Below are positions 40,301 to 50,851 of a DNA stretch of 64,000 bases, piece after piece (the stretch's first letter is position 1; each line of letters begins with the position of its first letter). The position numbers and the translations under genes are program-made. The notes below the pieces were generated by a model that saw nothing but the letters and a program-made list of their open reading frames with translations, ran no database searches and had not been told where the DNA came from. The stretch is from Marsupella aquatica (Eukaryota; Plantae; Marchantiophyta). Location of the stretch: assembly GCA_973895155.1 (NCBI GenBank), contig OZ316898.1:2517927-2581926 (forward strand). Direction: 5' to 3'.

Positions 40301-41519
40301 ACGACAGATCCGTAGAGCTGGTTTTCTGACCATGGGTGACGTCTTCTCTGTGCAGGGGCAGCCCCTGGTCTGGGAAGATGGCCCGTGCAATCGGCTTCCC
40401 CGTAGCTGTGCTCATGCTTATCGCAAAATGCTCACCAACCTGCGGACTGTCTCGGAGTTGGATTCTGATCGGCGGCAACAGACAGTAACTTACATGGAAG
40501 GACTTCTCCCTAATCTTTCCCACGTGGTGTGGGAATTCAAGGTGCAAAAGAATCACTACACCTCGCACTGGCGTATTTCCTTTGCTGCTAGCGTTGCTAC
40601 CCGTACCTTCACTGTCTGTAATGGATTCCTAGTGCCCATTGCAAAATCCCAACCCCCACCATCGGTCTCTCTCCACCCGGTATTGATACGAACATCCCCT
40701 GGGGCGGGTGCCTGGCAGCGCATTGGAAGACCATGTGGGGACTTGGAGGCTGCTACCCAGTACAGTTGGAAGGATGGCAGGCCCTTTTTCGATACCAACA
40801 CAGCGCACCTTCGGGAGATGCAGGGCCAGGAGAGACGTGTTTTGCATAGAGCACTGCACAAGTGGTCGACCCGTCTTCTTTGGCAACCCAACCCACAGGA
40901 GCTGTGGCGTCGGACCTAGCTCAAATTTCGGGCTGCTTCTGAGAATTGTTTTCTTTGGCAGATGATCTACCGTATCCCCGCTACTCAACACTGGCGTTTT
41001 CCTACCCTCTCGGCATCGGATCCTACCACCTGGTGCTCACGTTGCAACAATGGGGTGCAAGAGGACATTGTTCATTGCATTTGGAGTTGTCCCATCTCCC
41101 AGCTTGTGTGGAATTGGGTCCTATATACTTTGCGGCTGGCTTCACCCACTGGCCAATTCCACTTGGCCTTGGAGCCTGCCCACATTTTCCTGGCTGTACA
41201 GCTCCTAGAGATGTGGGATGTACCTCAGAAGCTTTGGGACATCCTTAGGGCCATTGTTAGCTGGAACATTTGGAAGGATAGGAGTTCACATTTTATTGAA
41301 CATACTCGCTCTGACCCTCAGGCTGTCATCCGCAAATCTTGGCATAGGCTCACCGTCTATATGCAAAAGGATTGGGCCCGTCACAGACAGAAGATAAGGC
41401 TTGGGAAGGCTACTATGAACGGTATCTTTGTGGCTCTGAATTATGGCTCATATGCTGGCCTTTGGGAGACTCATGAGGAGATTCTCCAGGTTCCCCCAGT
41501 GCCTCCTAGACCCCCTTGA
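37233..41519 (+). pseudogene. LINE ORF2: APE endonuclease, reverse transcriptase, zf-RVT (~1428 codons, 2 nonsense codons)
   Basis: APE motifs SYNLRGL, ILCIQEH, GDFN, RIDR, SDH. RT motifs PGPDG, RPITLLN, KAFD, RQGCPLSP, YADD. C-terminal CSRC...EDIVHCIWSC. The three ORF-track pieces share one frame, broken only by TGA 39585-87 and TAG 40917-19. Confidence 0.95.
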
Positions 41520-42057
41520 GGGGTCCTTAGCTTTCTGGGTAGGGGTTTGTCTTGTAGATAGATCGACATGATTTCTTCTTGTCATGGATCCACTGGATGG
41601 TCCCTCGCCGGGGCCTCTTCACTGGCCGGTCTTACGGAGTGTGCTGCTCCCTCTACAGTTGTTGAACGTCTTGTTTAGTTGTCTCGCTGATGAGGCCTCT
41701 CCTCTACCTTGGTGCCGGCTTCACCGGTTTCCTGCACTGCGACCTCCGGTCCCCCTTGGGTGTTGTCCCCTCTTGTGGGCCACCCTGTTGTATGCTGTCT
41801 CTTTGAATGGAATTCAATTTGATGTTTCAAGGCAAAAAAAAGAGTGACGGGATGAGCAAAACGAGTGTCCTGATTTTTTGACAAACTATGGTGTTTGGTT
41901 TTCATGAAGCACGTTACTCGTCGTCAAGCTTGACTCAAAGGGAGAAACTCAAAGTTTAGCGACTCAATACAAGGATCACGGCGAGACGGTCATTTTGGGT
42001 CCATGATTGCCACTTGATGTGGAGAGAAGGAATGCAGCGGATGGTGTACACTCAGCC

Positions 42058-42442
42058 AGAGCTACTGCCGGTGCCAATGCGATTCAACAACATTCTTCCC
42101 GTCGGTGGTGTTTTTCCTCGATGAAACCACAAGGTGTGTAACACGGCACTTCTTTTGGTGTTACTTTAGGGAAAATTGTTTGGTGCGTACTTCGCCCTCC
42201 CCTTGTTGCCCCGTCGAGTCCCCACCCTCCTCCCCGACACCGCAAATACGTACTCTGCTAGAGCTACTGCCGGTGCCAATGCGATTCAGCAACAATTTTC
42301 CCGTGGGTGGTGTTTTTCCTAGACGAAACCACAAGGTGTGTAATAATACGGCTCCTTTTTGATGTTTCTTTAGGGCAAATTGTTCGCCCTCCCTTTGTTC
42401 CCCCGTCGGCTCCCCACCCTCCTCCCCGACACCGCGAATACG
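42058..42442. repeat. 202-bp imperfect tandem duplication leading into a CpG-rich island (42440-42700)
   Basis: AGAGCTACTGCCGGTGCCAATGCGATTCA at 42058 and 42260; both units end CCCACCCTCCTCCCCGACACCGC. Confidence 0.9.
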
Positions 42443-43213
42443 CAGCCCGCGAAATGGCCCCCGGCGAGCTGCGAAGCGTCGGCCGGCGCATAACCCGCAG
42501 CCCGCGGGTCGCCGGGACCCCGTCCGCCAGAACACTCCCCGCCCCGCGCGTTCGTTCGCCTCGCGGGTTGCCCATCTTCCGTCGCGTTTCTCCCGTAGTC
42601 CCGTCGCCCTTCCCCCGGAGCCCGCCGACTCACGGCCGGGAAACGCCGCTGCAACTGGACGCCCGGACTTGCCCTTGCACCCCCGGCTTGGTACGCCTCC
42701 CCCTTTTTGTAAAACCATTTTTTGCTATGGGGTTCTAAACCCCTTTAGGCCCAGGTTTTTTTTTTTTTCACTCTTCTCATTGGCTCTCCTTGCTTGCCAC
42801 ACTTGCTGCCCACCATTTTAACTGGCGGACAGGGGGAATGGCCCCCTGTCAAGCATCTTTTCAAGTCAGAGAAGATTCTAAAAAACAGAGAACTGTTCTT
42901 TGGCCATCTGTTGCTGATTTCTGTTGACAAATTAACATTTTGCTTTCAATTTGGGCAGGGTGCTTCCAACTAGATTCAGCAACCTATGGCACCAACCAAT
43001 TTGCATTTCCAGCATTGGAACCTTCTTTTATTTTTGGTTATTCAGTGGGGTGTTAAAAAGGGGGAAGATGTCTTCGCTAATGTTTTACTCACCTTACCAA
43101 AAAACAAATAAATTATTGGACCTCTGTTTTCATTTTGGCTTGAGTTGCACAGTGGTGATGAATTCCAAGTTTTTTGAGTTTTCAGGTTTAAATACATTTT
43201 TTGTGTTACTCAT

Positions 43214-44197
43214 ATGAGTGCTTCTAATGAGGCTTTGCAGATCAATGTTGGTGAAGAGTGGGATTTGGTTCAAGGTTTGAACAAAGAATTTGAGGCATCG
43301 AATTCACCTGAGAGGCCAGAGGAAGAAGAAGTTTTGCCATTGGAGCAACTTTCATCAGATTGGCTAGTGCTAGAAGAAGTGTTGACATCATTGAAGTTGC
43401 TGGTCGGGGGAAGGAAAAAGATGGGCACTATTGAGTTTGGAGGTCCCAACTTTGAGGTAACAAAGTATGATGGTCGCACAAACTACCTATTATGGGAACG
43501 ACAGGTGAAGGGGGTACTTCGTGCTATTGGGCTTGGTAAGTTGTTGAAGGATCAGCCGAACGATGTGGAGAACAAGGACTGGCGAGAGATGCAGGAGCAG
43601 GCTGTGAGCATTGTGATGCTTTACCTACAACCAAATGTCATCAAGTACTTGGCGGACTATGCTGACTGTTCCTTATTGTTTGAGGCATTGCGACAAAAGT
43701 ACCACCAGGTAAAGCTGCCAAATCGGCTTTACACGTTGATGAAGTTGATAAGCTTCAAGATGAAGGAAAACAATTCAAACATTGAGGACCACATCAATGA
43801 TTTCAATGACTTGGTCGTGGAATTGCAAAATGTGGGGGAAAATTTGAGTGATGAGCAACTGGCTTTTCACCTTCTTATCTCTTTGCCTTCTTCGTATCAA
43901 GCACTGTCTTGGGGGCTGCTTCATTGTGACAAGAAAACCATCACATGCAACGAGGTGGTAAGTGCTCTGCTGACTGGTGATTTGCAACAGAAGTTGACCA
44001 CGACCTTTTCACGAGCTTCATCATCTGGTGGTCCGTTGAATGTGAACCTTGGGCGGTCACAACAATGCACAAATGATAGGGACAGAAGTAAATCTAGGAA
44101 ACCATTTTCTTCTAAGGGGAGGTCCCAGGAGAGGAGGCTGGTGGTCTGCTGGAAATGTGACAAATTTGGTCACGTGAAGAGGGATTGTAAGGGTTAG
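43214..44197 (+). CDS. Ty1/Copia gag-only ORF (gag core + CCHC knuckle), 327 aa; no pol and no LTR seen
   Basis: Copia gag motifs FEVTKYDGRTNYLLWERQVKGVL, FKMKENNSNIEDHINDFNDLVVEL and LLISLPSSY; knuckle CWKCDKFGHVKRDC; stop 3 codons later. No protease DSG motif found downstream. Confidence 0.85.
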   Translation: MSASNEALQINVGEEWDLVQGLNKEFEASNSPERPEEEEVLPLEQLSSDWLVLEEVLTSLKLLVGGRKKMGTIEFGGPNFEVTKYDGRTNYLLWERQVKGVLRAIGLGKLLKDQPNDVENKDWREMQEQAVSIVMLYLQPNVIKYLADYADCSLLFEALRQKYHQVKLPNRLYTLMKLISFKMKENNSNIEDHINDFNDLVVELQNVGENLSDEQLAFHLLISLPSSYQALSWGLLHCDKKTITCNEVVSALLTGDLQQKLTTTFSRASSSGGPLNVNLGRSQQCTNDRDRSKSRKPFSSKGRSQERRLVVCWKCDKFGHVKRDCKG

Positions 44198-45124
44198 GTA
44201 ATTGACTCTTTTTCAGCCAATATGACAGGTTGAAGGAGAAGTTAGTTACTTAGTGATGAGTGTGTTGTGTAAAGCCAGAAATATGTTCTGTGTACTTTAT
44301 CCAGGAAAACAAATGATACGTGAATTCTTGAGCTAATGTTCTTTTCACAAATACCCCTACATCAAATGGTTCAATATTTGCCTTGACGCTTTGAAAAAAT
44401 ATGATTGTTGCTTCGACGGACAGCGCAGGGAGATGACCACAAGCAGGTAGCGTGCGAGGATAATGAATGAGCCTTGATACTGTCATTTGACCTGAATTCT
44501 TCCCTGTTTTGTCATTAGGAACCCTCCATTGGCTCCATAATTATTAGGGGAAGTGTCAAAGTGTTCCCTCTTTTGTCACATTAATGTCACTACAATCCTT
44601 TACAATTATGGTCTCCTACACTGTTTCAGAAAAACTAACATTATATTAATGTTCAAACGTGGTTGAATGATGATGTACATTGACACTTTAATATTAGGAC
44701 ATCTACGGTAAAAGCTTATTGTTCCCTTATGGACTAATAATTTCTTTGACTAATGTCATCAAGATAGAATAATAACACTGTTAATTGCTAGAGGAAACAA
44801 CGAAATTCTGCAGCAAGTTCAAGAATGAACATGCGATAACCATGAAAGTGTCATTCACCTCAACGTGGTAAGAAGAGTCACAGGAATGAGCAAACCCTAA
44901 AGTTTTCCAACATTAAAGAAACTAATGACTAGGTTGAAAGTCTCATCATACTCTTCCAGGCCCTTGAAAGCTGTGGTCTGGGGCTTTGAAGGCGTGTGGA
45001 GCATTTGGTATACATTTCCCAAACAGTAATCAAAACCCCTATGGTAGTATGAAGGTTAATTAATTCTTGTGCTTTGAAGGATGAGATACCCTTGTCTCAT
45101 CAGCATTCCAGGATGACCCAGCAA

Positions 45125-45445
45125 GGCTGGTTCCCATTTTAAACCTAGATCAATGCTGAATTTGGCGTGAAGCATGACCCCAAAATTTTTCCACTTCAAG
45201 TGGCTCTCGGGTTTTGAATTTCTTTTCTTCGGCAATGCCTATTCCTGGTTTAAACCACAATTATGGTGAACCCGACATAAAGCACTGACCAGAATTTTGG
45301 CCACTATAAATTGCTGTTGAGCTTTGAGTTTCCTTATAGGCAATGCTGGTTTCTGGTTTAAGCAGCAATGCTGAATCTGGCACAAAGCGCTAACTGGAAT
45401 TTCCGCCACTTTGGATGGCTCTTGGGTTCTGAGTTTTGTTTCCCA
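45125..45445. repeat. Three diverged ~105-110-bp tandem units
   Basis: Recurring GCAATGC / GGTTTAA / ATGCTGAA / AAGC / CCACT blocks; CCACT at 45191, 45301 and 45406. Confidence 0.7.
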
Positions 45446-45811
45446 GTGACTTCTTGAAAGAACCAGTCAGGAAATTGAATCCAGGTACCATAGCTTTGTC
45501 CCCCTCTTCAATGTTGTTCCACGTAAGATTTGTACTCTACTTGTCTATTGGTAAAAAAATTAAAATGTAATTTTGGATTTGTTGTGGACTATGAAGAAAG
45601 GAGAAAAACAAGCAAAACTGCTACAAGTGAAATGTGCATGAACTCCTTGTTAGTAGGACATTATGGAGTCAAAACTTTGGGCTAAAGCTCTTGTTTGAGG
45701 GGCATGATAGTCAGCAATGCCCTGGTAACAGGAATGTATTGTATACTAGCATCTCCAGTGGCCCAAAGATTTTCACTCACTATGTGCTGGCTATCAGGAA
45801 AGTTTACAAGT

Positions 45812-46140
45812 GGTAATCACACATCAAAATGTGTTAAGATACATTGTGCATTTACTCAGTGATTTAAAGAAAATAACAAGGTTTATTATTATTTTTTGTC
45901 TTGAACGGAAATGGGGAGGAAATACAATTAGACTCCCCCCATCCCAATGTGACAGTTTTTCTGTAGGGAACCCAGACCAGGGTGAGCCCCAACGGATCCG
46001 ACAGGGACCCGCACTAGGAAGGAGCGAGGATTAAATCAGGGCCACAAAGTGGACGACCAGGGGCCAAGCAGATAAAACAAGGTTTATTATGGTATAGAGG
46101 TTTATCATGGTATAGAGGGATGTCCTACAGATACAGTGTC
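45812..46140 (+). mobile_element. MITE family A, copy 3, split by a retroposed insert
   Basis: GGTAATCACACATCAAAATGTG...GATTTAAAGAAAATAACAAGG, resuming after 46076 with TTTATCATGGTATAGAG. Confidence 0.75.
45890..46075 (-). mobile_element. 186-bp retroposed insert (LINE 3' UTR or SINE-like)
   Basis: 15-bp TSD AACAAGGTTTATTAT at 45875-89 and 46076-90, with a T-rich tail on the left. Its reverse complement is homologous to 50116-50305. Confidence 0.85.
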
Positions 46141-46143
46141 CAT

Positions 46144-48814
46144 ATGTGGGTGCCCCAGACTACATCATCTGCCTGTTTACTGAAAGGCTTCAATCAGGAA
46201 TGCTCAGCTTGGCTCCCACTCTCACTCTCATTCTCACTATTGGTCCTCCAATGGGATACTTGGTCCAAGATTTTGATCGAGCTACATGCTTGGTAAACAA
46301 CCTCTCCCAAGAAGCTCAAATCCGAATTCGAGTAAGCAGATCGAAGCCGCAGCGGAATCGAATAATGTATCACTTAAAGTTGTTGGTGGGATTGCATCCC
46401 GTCAACAGTACACTGACAGCTTGAAAGTGGGACTCGAACGAGTAGATGATATAAAAGCATATTCAAATTGGAGCATAGCAGCGGACGATGTTTCGAGAGC
46501 AGGAACCCCTATCCAGTGAAAAAGAGGGGCAGATTTCAGCTATCTTTGATGAAGGGGTGACTGAGACTTCAGTAACACTAAACCTGAGAACCGAGGAGCT
46601 GCTGAAGAAAGCACTTTGGATGGATAGCCCGGTCAACTCCAGCGTGGATGAAGGCAGGGCTCAATTTGATTGCTCAAGACAGATTGCAATCTCTTGCCAG
46701 TTATGGAAGCGGCAGAGATTGATCTCGAGAGACTGCAGAAGGGAATGGCAGTACGCGCATGCATAGCGCTGGTACCACGAGTGAAGCAGTTGCTGTTTTG
46801 CAGAATCGTCTGCAACGAGGCATTACTACAGATTCGTCCCCGTATGTTAAAGCTCTGCAAATGTGCTGGAAACAGAAAGACTTTTTAGCGGTCAAGCAGG
46901 TTCATGACTGCCTCATCCAGAGCGGAGTGGATAAGAATCCAGTTATGGCGAACCTACTCAGTGTGTACTTCAGATGCGGGGGACTTTTGGATGCACGTAG
47001 AGTTTTTGATCAACTGGAGAAGAGTAGTGTTACCACTTGGAACACGATGATTCCAGGGCATGCTAACAATGATGATGCTGAATGAACTTTTCAGATTGAT
47101 GCGCCAAGACGGTGCGCGGCCTACTGAGATCACATATCTGTGCATCCTGAAGGCATGTGCCAGCCCACTAGCTCTCACATGGGGAAAACAAGTTCACGAG
47201 TGTATTCGACAAGCCGGCTTTGAAGCAGATTGCGTGTGGGGACTGCCCTCCTTAAGATGTATGCAAAGTGTGGGAGCATAAAGGAGGCAAGGCGAGTTTT
47301 CGAAAATTTGACCAATCGAAATGTCATCGCATGATATGTAATGATCGGAGGACTTGCACAACATGGATGTGGGCATGAAGCATATCGACTGTTTCTCCAA
47401 ATGAGACGGGAAGGCTTCGAACCAAATCCAGTCACTTATACGAGCATCCTGAATGCATCTGCAAGTGCGCGGGCTTTGGAGTGTGGGTGAAGGAGGTTCA
47501 TGGCCATGCTAGCAAAGCGGGACTGGAGTCAGATTTGCGTATGGGCACCGCACTGGTTCATATGAACGCAGAGAGTGGCAGTATAATGACGCCCGGCGAC
47601 TTTCTGCCAAAGTGGCGAAACGCGATGTGGTCATATGGAATGTAATGATCGGTGGGCGAGCACAACATGGATGTTGGCATGAAGCATATCGACTATTGCT
47701 CCATATGCGACGGGAAGGCTTCTTTTTTACGAGTATTCTCAATTCATCTGCTGCGAGTGCGGGGGCTTTGGAGTGGGTGGAGGAAGTTCATGGCCAAGCT
47801 ACTGTAGCAAAGTTGGTCTGGAGTCGGATTGGCGTGTGGGCAGTGCACTGGTTCACATGTATGCAGAGAGCGGCAGTGTAGATGACGCCCGACTAGTCAT
47901 CTATGCTGCCATGATCCGTGGACTTCCATACCATCGATTCTGGGCATGAAGACTTGGAACTCTTCAGAAAAATGAATGCGGACCGTGTGAAACCCGACGG
48001 GACTTCATCCGTGGCTGTCTTGTCAGCCTGTTGTCACGGAGGCCTTGTTGATGATGGTCGTAGACTCGATTCAGCTGTGACGCAAGATTATGGCATCGAG
48101 CCTAATTTTGTGGATAATAACTGCATGGTTGATCTTCTTGGGCGGGCTGGGCACTTAGAGGAGGCAAAGCGCTTCATTAGTGACATGCCAATCGAACCAG
48201 ATGGGATAGCTTGGACAGCCTTGCTTGGGCCTTGTAGAACTTATGGTAATGTGGAGTTGGGCGTTCTTGCCGCTAAGGAGCTTTTCAAGTTGGAACCCAG
48301 TATGCCCTCTACGTATGTGCTTCTCTCCAACATCTATGCTGCAACTGGCAAGTGGGAGAACGTGTCTTTGGTGCGTACTATGATGCAAACGAGAGGGGTT
48401 CGGAATGAGCCAGGGCGTAGCTGGATTGAAGTTGATAATGAGACCCATGAATTTCTTGTAGGGGATACATCTTACCCGGAGCGAAGGCGATATACACTGA
48501 GCTCAATAAGTTGACTGCAAAGCTGAACGCTGAAGGCTACGTCCCGGATACCGGGCTTGTGTTGCATGATATGAATGAGGAGGATTAAGTACTAGCTGTT
48601 TGCTCCCATCGTGAGAAGATGGCTATTGCTTACGGACTAGTTCACATACCTCGGGAAGAACCAATTCCTGTAAGGAAGAACCTTCGGGTGTGTCCATTGT
48701 AATACAGCAACCAAGTTTATCTCTAAGGTGACAGGACGCGAGGTTATAGCGAGGGATGCAAATCGCTTTGACCATTTTAAAGATGGCGTGTGTTCTTGTG
48801 GTGATTACTGGTGA
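46144..48814 (+). pseudogene. PLS-class PPR protein with E1/E2/DYW deaminase domain (organellar C-to-U editing factor), multiply disrupted
   Basis: PLS repeats spread over three frames (KQVHDCLIQSG, YFRCGGLLDARRVFD, PTEITYLCILKACAS, WNVMIGG). Also CMVDLLGRAG, YVLLSNIYAA, PG box EPGRSWIEV, SHREK, KNLRVC and [20 protein letters not shown] (stop 48812-14). Numerous frameshifts and stops, including inside the CxxC. Start is approximate. Confidence 0.92.
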
Positions 48815-49919
48815 CCAGATTGAAAGCTGTGTTACTCTGGCTGGAAAGTGAATGTAAACATCACTCACGATGTCATCAGGATTTCGTTGTTTGCTTGATG
48901 AAGGGCATACATTCAAAAAAGCATCATAATCGAGAGGGTTTTATTGCAACCCTCGGCGATAGTGCAGTAAGTTCTGTGACAGGAACTTTGAGATTTTGCA
49001 ATTTGGCGTTGTAACTAGCCCGCGTCAGGCTGAAAGACTGTTTCATCCTTTCACCAGTGTTGCGAGCAACGAGCAGTGAAAGCCATTCCCAATCCTTCAG
49101 GTTCTTTCACTGACAAACATTTGGGAAGAAAACAGTTTGTCACAGTGACTGGTGACAAACATCCAACTTCTAGGTTCACTGGATAACGTATAAAAGAAAA
49201 GCTACGTGAGTTGCTTCTTGACAGTCGAAATCACGGATAATTGTACAAAATGAAGCCATTTTCTTGAACATGGGCTTGAAAGAATCATCATACTTCGACT
49301 GAAGCCAAAGCGAAAATACCCGCAGTCTAACTTCCCTGTGCATAGTTTTAACTCAGCATTGTGTACAAGGACCAAGCTTTGGGTACCAGTAGACTCCAGC
49401 TTTGGGTACCAGTAGACCCCAGTATCATTGACAAGCTCTTGGTCACCAGTAGACTAGCTCAGCATTGTGCACAAGGACCAGCTTTGGGTACACGAGCCAG
49501 TCATTGCAAGGAACATGCTAGGAGTAGCCACCTCTTGATACGAAGGTTGTTGCCGCATGTTGATTACAATTTTAGAATTTGCAAACTGCTTCAGAAATAG
49601 CCTGTCTACTATAATTTCTACTGCTATTTCTGAAGGGCCATCCAGGTATGATTTGAAAGACGGCTGCAAGAGCTTGTGAATGGTACTAGGAGCGCAATCA
49701 AACACTCTGAGAATGGACTATGCAAATCTCAGATTGGGGAGCTAGAACATGAGCACCACAACAAAAAATTACTGAGATGAAAGGACCTGGGACCCAAGCA
49801 TCCCCGGGACCCTTTTAGATATGTTATGGAGAATTGATCATACACCAGGTCTTCTACTCTTGACATATTCTTTCCATTCTGCTCTTCTTGCAGATTTAAT
49901 TCCAATAACCGGACGGATC

Positions 49920-50305
49920 TTTTCTCCATGCAATAGGTGCAATTATGGTTTAGGTCAGTTAGCTAGGGGATTATCCTGGAAATGAGAAGTTTGTGGGTAG
50001 TGGATGGGAGGATCTCCATGCAATAGATGCAATTATGGTTTAGGTCAGTTACTTTTTGGATTATCCGGGATTATCCTGGAACTGAGAAGTTTGTGGGTAG
50101 TGCATGGGAGTCCTGATTATCTCCTCGGCCCCTAGTTACCTACTTTGTGGCCCTGTTGCATCCCCTAGCTAGATCCCTTCTGGTGTGGGTCCCTGGCGGA
50201 TCAGTTGGGGCTCACCCTAAAATGGGTTCCCTACAATGAATGTATTTCACTATGGGGTTGGGAGAGTCTAGTAAGAGTTCTTCCTCATTTCTTTCAAGAC
50301 CAAAA
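49920..50305 (+). mobile_element. Second, longer copy of the 45890-46075 retroposon 3' end, with a ~95-bp tandem duplication upstream
   Basis: Shared CTTTGTGGCCCTG...GGGTCCCTG.CGGATC.GTTGGGGCTCACCCT...GGGTTCCCTACA...TTCAAGAC+A-tail. TCTCCATGCAATAG.TGCAATTATGGTTTAGGTCAGTTA is duplicated at 49923 and 50013. Confidence 0.75.
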
Positions 50306-50700
50306 GAACAAGAAGTGATCATGGCTTCTTCTCATTGGTTGTGCACAGTCCTAAGATGCAATTTGTTGCTAGTATTCACCAAGAAAATTGTAAAGAGAGA
50401 CAAAATTTGAGTTTTATTGAAAAACATAATTAACAATATATGGTTTTGACTATGGACTATATCATATAAATTCGGAAGGGTTCTCTCCCCTTCTTGAGGA
50501 GTCTTAATATATGATAGATAGATCTTGGCCTGGCAAGAAGTTGAGACCCTGCTCAGATCTCACCCAAGATCCTTGCACTTATTCTGTGAGGAGTAACGGA
50601 ACGCTGCCGTTAACTTTAGAATTTCACCAGCTCAGCTAAGTTTATGATCATTTAAGCTCATTTGAGTCTATGCAGTGGAACAAAGTGAACCTTCCCTGCA

Positions 50701-50817
50701 GGTAATTATATATAAAACGTGGTAATATATGGTGTGCACTCACTGATTTAAAGAAAATAACAAGAATTAATATGCTATGGAGTGATTGTATGTGTCATAT
50801 TTTGATGTGCAGTTACC
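50701..50817 (+). mobile_element. MITE family A, copy 4, 34 bp past the RBR stop codon
   Basis: GGTAATTATATATAAAACGTGG...GTGCACTCACTGATTTAAAGAAAATAACAAG...ATTTTGATGTGCAGTTACC. Confidence 0.8.
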
Positions 50818-50851
50818 GGGACTCCTGAACGTTCATGCAGTCCATCACTTA

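Larger units (their letters stand above)
34504..41839 (+). mobile_element. Full-length L1-clade LINE retrotransposon (7336 bp), inactivated
   Basis: 17-bp TSD AAGAGTGACGGGATGAG at 34487-34503 and 41840-41856. Contains ~1.1 kb 5' UTR, ORF1, ORF2, ~320 bp 3' UTR and a short A tail. Confidence 0.95.

Noticed and set aside
41685-41740. CTGATGAG in the LINE 3' UTR suggesting a hammerhead ribozyme
   Set aside because: No stem II followed by GAAA and no compatible stems I/III were found.
42105-42738. GC-rich ORFs of 85-185 aa on both strands
   Set aside because: Expected in stop-poor CpG-island and duplicated sequence; no domain recognised.
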